Shown: piece by piece, positions 60,725-64,000 of the stretch
Layout of the letters: each line of letters opens with the position of its first letter
Position numbering within the stretch: the first letter of the stretch is position 1
Assembly: GCF_964355755.1 (NCBI RefSeq)
Contig: NC_092672.1
Coordinates: 22,457,237 to 22,521,236, forward strand
Direction of reading: 5' to 3'
DNA from: Antedon mediterranea
Taxonomy: Eukaryota > Animalia > Echinodermata
Length of the DNA stretch: 64,000 bases
Notes under the pieces: generated by a model
What the model saw: the letters and a program-made list of their open reading frames with translations, nothing else
What the model was told of the DNA's origin: nothing
Databases searched by the model: none
Made by a program: the position numbers and the translations under genes

Positions 60725-62349
60725 AGTTTTCAAAAATAAGTAGTTAACAGTAGAAATTTTAATTTTTTTTAGATGGACATACACAGTGGTTCGTACACTC
60801 CATGATTCAATCACTTTTATGTTGGTTCGGTGGGGTTTTCTATGTTTTTTTGGAGGTTTCCAGGGGTTTGCGGGGGTTTAGCAATACCCTGTTTTTCCGG
60901 CCAAATTGGACGCCATATTGGATTCTGGCATGATAATTAGGGAAAAGTTTTCAAATGGCAGCCATTTTGAATTTATGGAAAACAAGTAATTACTAATACA
61001 CAACCCAGGGTATAGATACTAATATCTATATAGGCCTATATTAACAGCAACAAAAAACATTTTGGACTGAAAAAGCTATACAACCTATTTCTATATATTA
61101 CAAATAACATGAGAAAATGCAAATTTCAACTATTATTTTGAAACACTACACAGAAATTACATGATGCCCCACGATAATTTTAATGGAAATAGCAAGAGCA
61201 ACATTTCAACCAACCATGCCTGCACCCTGGTTGCTTTTAAAGCGTTACCATTGGAGTTACAGCTCTTTGAAAAACATACACAAATTCCATGTATGAAATT
61301 CCTGAAGAAAAACACCCATAAGAAAAATAATGGTATTTCCTAAATTCAATAATTGATTTACGTAAATTTTTGTTTTACATTAGAGCAAGATTAGTACAAA
61401 AAGATTTCACAAAAACAATTCACAAATTCTGTGCCATATCTAAATAAGGACAAAATTCACATGCCAAAATCACACCTTTTACCATGGCAACCATTACTTT
61501 TTTTTCAAAAATATTTCAGTTTTGTTATATTTACCTAAAGTGTGAATAATTACCAAAGTATGAAGAAAATTCATTTTTTGGCATTTAGCCACATTATGTT
61601 GATATTTGTAGTCAACCGCTCTTACGACTTAGAAGATGTGCTTACATCCTCAAAAATGCACTCTCGTAGACGTCATTTTAGATTTGACCAACAATTCTCC
61701 AATCAAATGACAAGAATTCGAGTAACTGACCTCAACACAAACAATTTCTATTGTTTCGGGACTGAAAGAAACCGAATGCAACTTTAAATCATGTCACACG
61801 TGCAGTAAGGGTGACCACGACCATATAAGCTTACCTTACAGACGGTCAGAATGCACATACAGTCTTATGACTTATTTCCAATGGAATGGTGTCGGGAACA
61901 CAAACACAAAGTTTGAATCCCAAATGATCCTAAATGCATGGGACATAAAAATCACAAACTTAAATCATATTTCTGAGAATTATTTTTATTTACTAAAATT
62001 ATATTGTTAGTTTTACATGATTTGTTTATAATAAAATTTAAAATTTGGATTTCATATTCATTGACATGAAACTTACTCATGCGTGAAAACCAAATTAAAG
62101 CTGAAAGAGCTCCACAAAGACTCTGAATTCTTACAGTGTAATGGATGTTAAGTTTTATTGTACAACAATTGTATTATTGTTTGTATTGTGAATACAAATT
62201 GGTACGACAGCACACGCATGTAAAAATTGAATTGTGTCAATATTCATTTTTCTTTCAACATATACAGTAGACAATTTGCGGCATTTGACACAACCTTGAT
62301 ACTGGTGGTAGTTCCTGGATTAACATATTTAATCCTGACATGAACTGTA

Positions 62350-63037
62350 TTATAACCTAACTGGACCATGATACAGCAAACCAAGTAACACAATACCAAA
62401 AGCTATATCAACTGCAGGAGTTGTTGCAACTTGTACAAACTTGTTAATGATGGTAGTAGTTCCTTGATTTACAGGTTCCTCTTCAACACGTCTACCATTC
62501 TGGTGCTCACTAATTATTGGTTTATGTGTACCACATTGTTCATTTGAGCTCTTCTTTTGAGATATTTCATCCCCATCTTTCTTTTGTTCAATGTTAACTA
62601 TTGTATTTCCTTCACTTCTACCACTATTACAGTTCACGTTACCATTTTCATGAAATTGTATTCTATTGTTATTTACATTTTCTGGTTCTTCAATTTCATT
62701 GACGCTCTTATCGGAAAACTTATCTCTTTTGTCTTGATCTTCAACTTCTTTGGTATCTTTACTGGTAAACTTATCTGTCTTGTCTTCAACTTCTTTGCTA
62801 TCTTTACTGGTAAACTTATCTCTCTTGTCTTGATCTTCAATTCCTTTACTGGTAAACTTATCTCTTTTGTCTTGATCTTCAACTTCTTTGGTGCCATTGC
62901 ATTGAACTAATCACTGACAGGTTACTGTCATGAGGTTCATTATCCAATGATACTGCTGACAGTATACCTTCTGTTAATATGCTATTGTTTTGTTGCGATT
63001 GTTCATCATTGCATTCTTGCACATCAGAATCAGCAAA
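62350..63037 (-). CDS. IQ-motif gene, last exon region (charged repeats; frame discontinuity near 62900)
   Basis: Acceptor ttaccag, then FADSDVQECNDEQ...; this frame stops at 62879-62881. A second frame is open from about 62910 to 62350. AATAAA lies near 62154-62159 on the minus strand. Confidence 0.55.
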
Positions 63038-63386
63038 CTGGTAAAAATAAATGTTAAATTGTATTAAATTGTATCAAGAAAAAAAAAATTAGATTAAAAA
63101 TCATAAATTGAATGTTTATGATTTGAATACGGAGAATATTTCATGAAAATTAACTGATTGACCATTTAATGAGGCGGAACCAAGCACAGACAATCTCTCA
63201 GTAAATGAAATATACTCTATTCAACATTATTAGTTTTATAGCACAGTACATATGATGATGTGTTATTTAACATCATTAAAGTACATGTAAATGAGGATGT
63301 GCTAGTGATGAAGGAACATACTTCACATTGTAAAGTTTGTTGGTGCAGCGAAGATTGAAAATTGCGAGTTTTAAGTAAAAGCCTAC

Positions 63387-63529
63387 CTCGTCTGAATTCA
63401 ATTCATTTAATTGTTCATCTAACTTGCGTTGGTGTAAACGAATTGAATATCCAATCATAGCATACTGTATGACACGTGCTGCCTCATGTCGTCTCTTTAC
63501 ATCTTCTCTCACCTTCCAGCCTCTAAAAC
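63387..63529 (-). CDS. IQ-motif (calmodulin-binding) gene exon
   Basis: 143 nt, phase 1-0; GFRGWKVREDVKRRHEAARVIQYAMIGYSIR. It completes IQAGFRGWKVR with the upstream exon. Confidence 0.8.
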
Positions 63530-63628
63530 CTACAACATATCAATTCTAGTTAGTGACAATTAGTGGCTTGGTTTGGTAACAGCATGATGCCTGCAAGATA
63601 TTTGTCAAAACACTATTACAATCAATAC

Positions 63629-63755
63629 CTGCTTGAATGATGACCACAGCTGCCTCTTGTTTACTTTTGGTTGCCAGGATCTTCCTCCACCATATTTGTA
63701 TTACACCAGCACTTAAATTGAATTCCTTCAATCTTGCAACTTCAAGTTTATCCAA
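63629..63755 (-). CDS. IQ-motif (calmodulin-binding) gene exon; the gene continues beyond the window
   Basis: 127 nt, phase 0-1; LDKLEV...SAGVIQIWWRK...EAAVVIIQA, tttag / gtattg. Confidence 0.8.
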
Positions 63756-64000
63756 CTAAATAAAAAATAACGGAATATAATAAATATACAATGATGCAGA
63801 TTCTTACTTACTTTTTTACAAGCTAAAAGTATTATAATTTGATGCTACAACTTTTTCATAATGTTATAAGATAGGAATCTTACTGATTTTCAATGATTTA
63901 CACACATTTAACTGGGTAATAATTTTTAATAAAATGGTATTTTTTAAATTGTGTCAAATTATTTGTTCTTTTGATTTATATTTATATACTTTTTTAAAAA

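Noticed and set aside
62557-62910. Plus-strand hydrophobic 117-aa ORF as a membrane protein
   Set aside because: It is the antisense reading of the charged repeat in the IQ gene tail.
62350-63755. Naming the IQ gene ASPM or an unconventional myosin
   Set aside because: Only three IQ-like motifs are visible, which is not enough to identify the gene.

Overview
AT-rich, intron-rich animal genomic DNA, probably a marine invertebrate. The LINE clades, Roco subtype and tandem-DED style suggest an echinoderm or similar, but this is inference. The ORF track shows only fragments of the main feature, a + strand gene that I rebuilt by hand from 21 GT-AG exons with matching phases (22199-54894, about 1113 aa, first exon not found). 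It encodes ankyrin repeats - death domain - Roc GTPase - COR - tandem death-effector domains, with no kinase visible in the window. Decayed exons follow it, including a second death domain. The locus carries several unrelated tandem arrays: 57 bp x26 in an intron, 34 bp x41 made of an exon end plus splice donor, 81 bp x~12 made of death-domain helices, and smaller 11-12, 40 and 19 bp arrays. The rest is mobile DNA: Helitron-like elements, a CR1/L2-type LINE with a 2A-like motif, a full-length Crack/L2-type LINE with TSD, Rex1/Babar and RTE-X-like LINEs, an Academ-like foldback, MITEs, SINEs and a Penelope-type minimal hammerhead ribozyme. The 3' end of a convergent IQ-motif gene lies at the right edge. 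All family assignments come from motif recognition by eye; no database search was run.
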